Part shown: positions 62,631 through 64,000 of the stretch, piece after piece
How positions within the stretch are numbered: the stretch's first letter is position 1
Layout: each line of letters starts with the position of its first letter
Assembly (NCBI RefSeq): GCF_006345805.1
Contig: NC_043003.1
Coordinates: 11,098,001-11,162,000, forward strand
Source: Octopus sinensis
Lineage: Eukaryota
DNA: 64,000 nt
Direction: 5' to 3'
Translations under genes and position numbers: made by a program
The notes under the pieces: generated by a model
The model's input: only the letters and a program-made list of their open reading frames with translations
What the model was told of the DNA's origin: nothing
Database searches by the model: none

Positions 62631-64000
62631 ATATATAGTGGGTTTCCACAGTTTCCATGTACCAAGTTCACTCACAAAGCATTGGTCAGCCTGTTGCTAC
62701 AGTAGAAAACACTTGCCTATGTTGCCACACGGTGGGACTGAACCGGAAAACCACATCGTTGCAAAGCTAGCGCCAAGCCCATTGACTCATTTTTCCATAT
62801 TATTATTATTATTTTCATATCTTGTCCCAAAGTAGCACAAACGCTAATGTTAGCAGCATCACAGTTCAATATTGACTCTTTGAGAAAATTGGTGAACAGA
62901 CAGCGAAAATGTTCCAGCGAGACGATGAGTCAGAAGATTTGTTCCTGTCAAAATATTTGCTCAAATTATTCTATTTTTCTTGAACTCCCAAGTAAAATAT
63001 TTTTCTTATTTCATTTTCCCAAGTAAATAACAAAAATCAATATTTCAAACGAGTTCCAACATTAATTCTTTTTCCACATTATTGATTTCTTGAGTTTTAC
63101 CATTTCGATGAGAAGTTCTTGTTTGGCCGCGGTTGTCTTCACTGTAACATTTAATTATTATTTACTTTATTTACATTCGGTTGTCAGCACACAAAACAAT
63201 TTTGTGATATAAATTGATAGATAAGGTGCCTGGCAGTACCTGATAATTATTGTGATATCAGTCTATGCGCAACCTGATTAATAGTAACTTTATTTTCTGG
63301 CATATAAGTCGAATTTTTCAGTACAAAATTTACAGCCAAAAAAAAAACATAGGTCAACTTATACACTGAGAAAACTATCAAGGACCAAAAACTCCATGAA
63401 ATGCAGCAGGATTTGTAAAAATAGTGAGGATGTTTGAATGTTTATACTACGCGGTTACCCTATGTATTGTGTTGAATCAAAAGTGAGGTCTTCTGCTACA
63501 AGACAGTGCAAGACCTCACACCATTTGAATAACCTGGAATTAACTCCAGGTACTAGTGTAGCTAGAGTGTGTGCTTTGTTGTTGTTGTTAAGCAACAAGA
63601 TGGGTAAGGGTGATTAGGTGATGGTCTAGGGCTTAGGGGCGGGAGACCCCAGACCTTGGAAAAAAAAACTTTAGTTGTCTTGTTGTAGTCAAGGGCTCTT
63701 CGTTGACGCTCAATACCACTGGAAGGTGGCCCTCGAACTCGCTGGAAATGGAGATCTCCAGGTCCAAATTCTTGAATGGCTAGAGTGTTTGCTGTTGGAG
63801 TGGCCCTTTCGTTTGCCACCCCTAGACCCCACAAAGAACATGTATTGCCTACAGCAACAGCCTACAAAAGGGTGAAAAGTTCCACCCCTTTAAAAGTACT
63901 GCCCCTACTGTCCTCTTCCTAACTATGTTAGTGACTCCAGGAGCTTGAGGGAATCAAACTGATGCCACATCCAGCGTATAGTCTGGACCAAGCTCTCTTG

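Overview
AT-rich, repeat-saturated eukaryotic non-coding DNA (intergenic or intronic). The SINE and LINE families look like those of an octopus (cephalopod) genome; this is recognition, not a database result. No host protein-coding gene can be supported, and most ORFs in the track are artefacts of (TA)n, (CA)n, (CAT)n, (AAT)n and (CAC)n repeats. The window holds many tRNA-derived SINEs, 3' ends of RTE-type LINEs (one ending in three C2H2 fingers), three R4/Dong-type LINE fragments, Tigger, Tc1/mariner, hAT, piggyBac-type and Helitron remnants, and two near-identical tandem duplications (about 1.74 kb and 0.75 kb). The most striking unexplained signal is about 11 type I hammerhead ribozyme (HHR)-like motifs from several repeat families. 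One has an intact core (10772-10842, minus) and shows stem covariation against a homologous copy. Pairs sit in outward-facing inverted repeats, including a 785-bp near-perfect palindrome. A two-HHR element is duplicated in tandem. These are most simply read as Penelope-like element (PLE) pseudo-LTRs or retrozyme-like elements.
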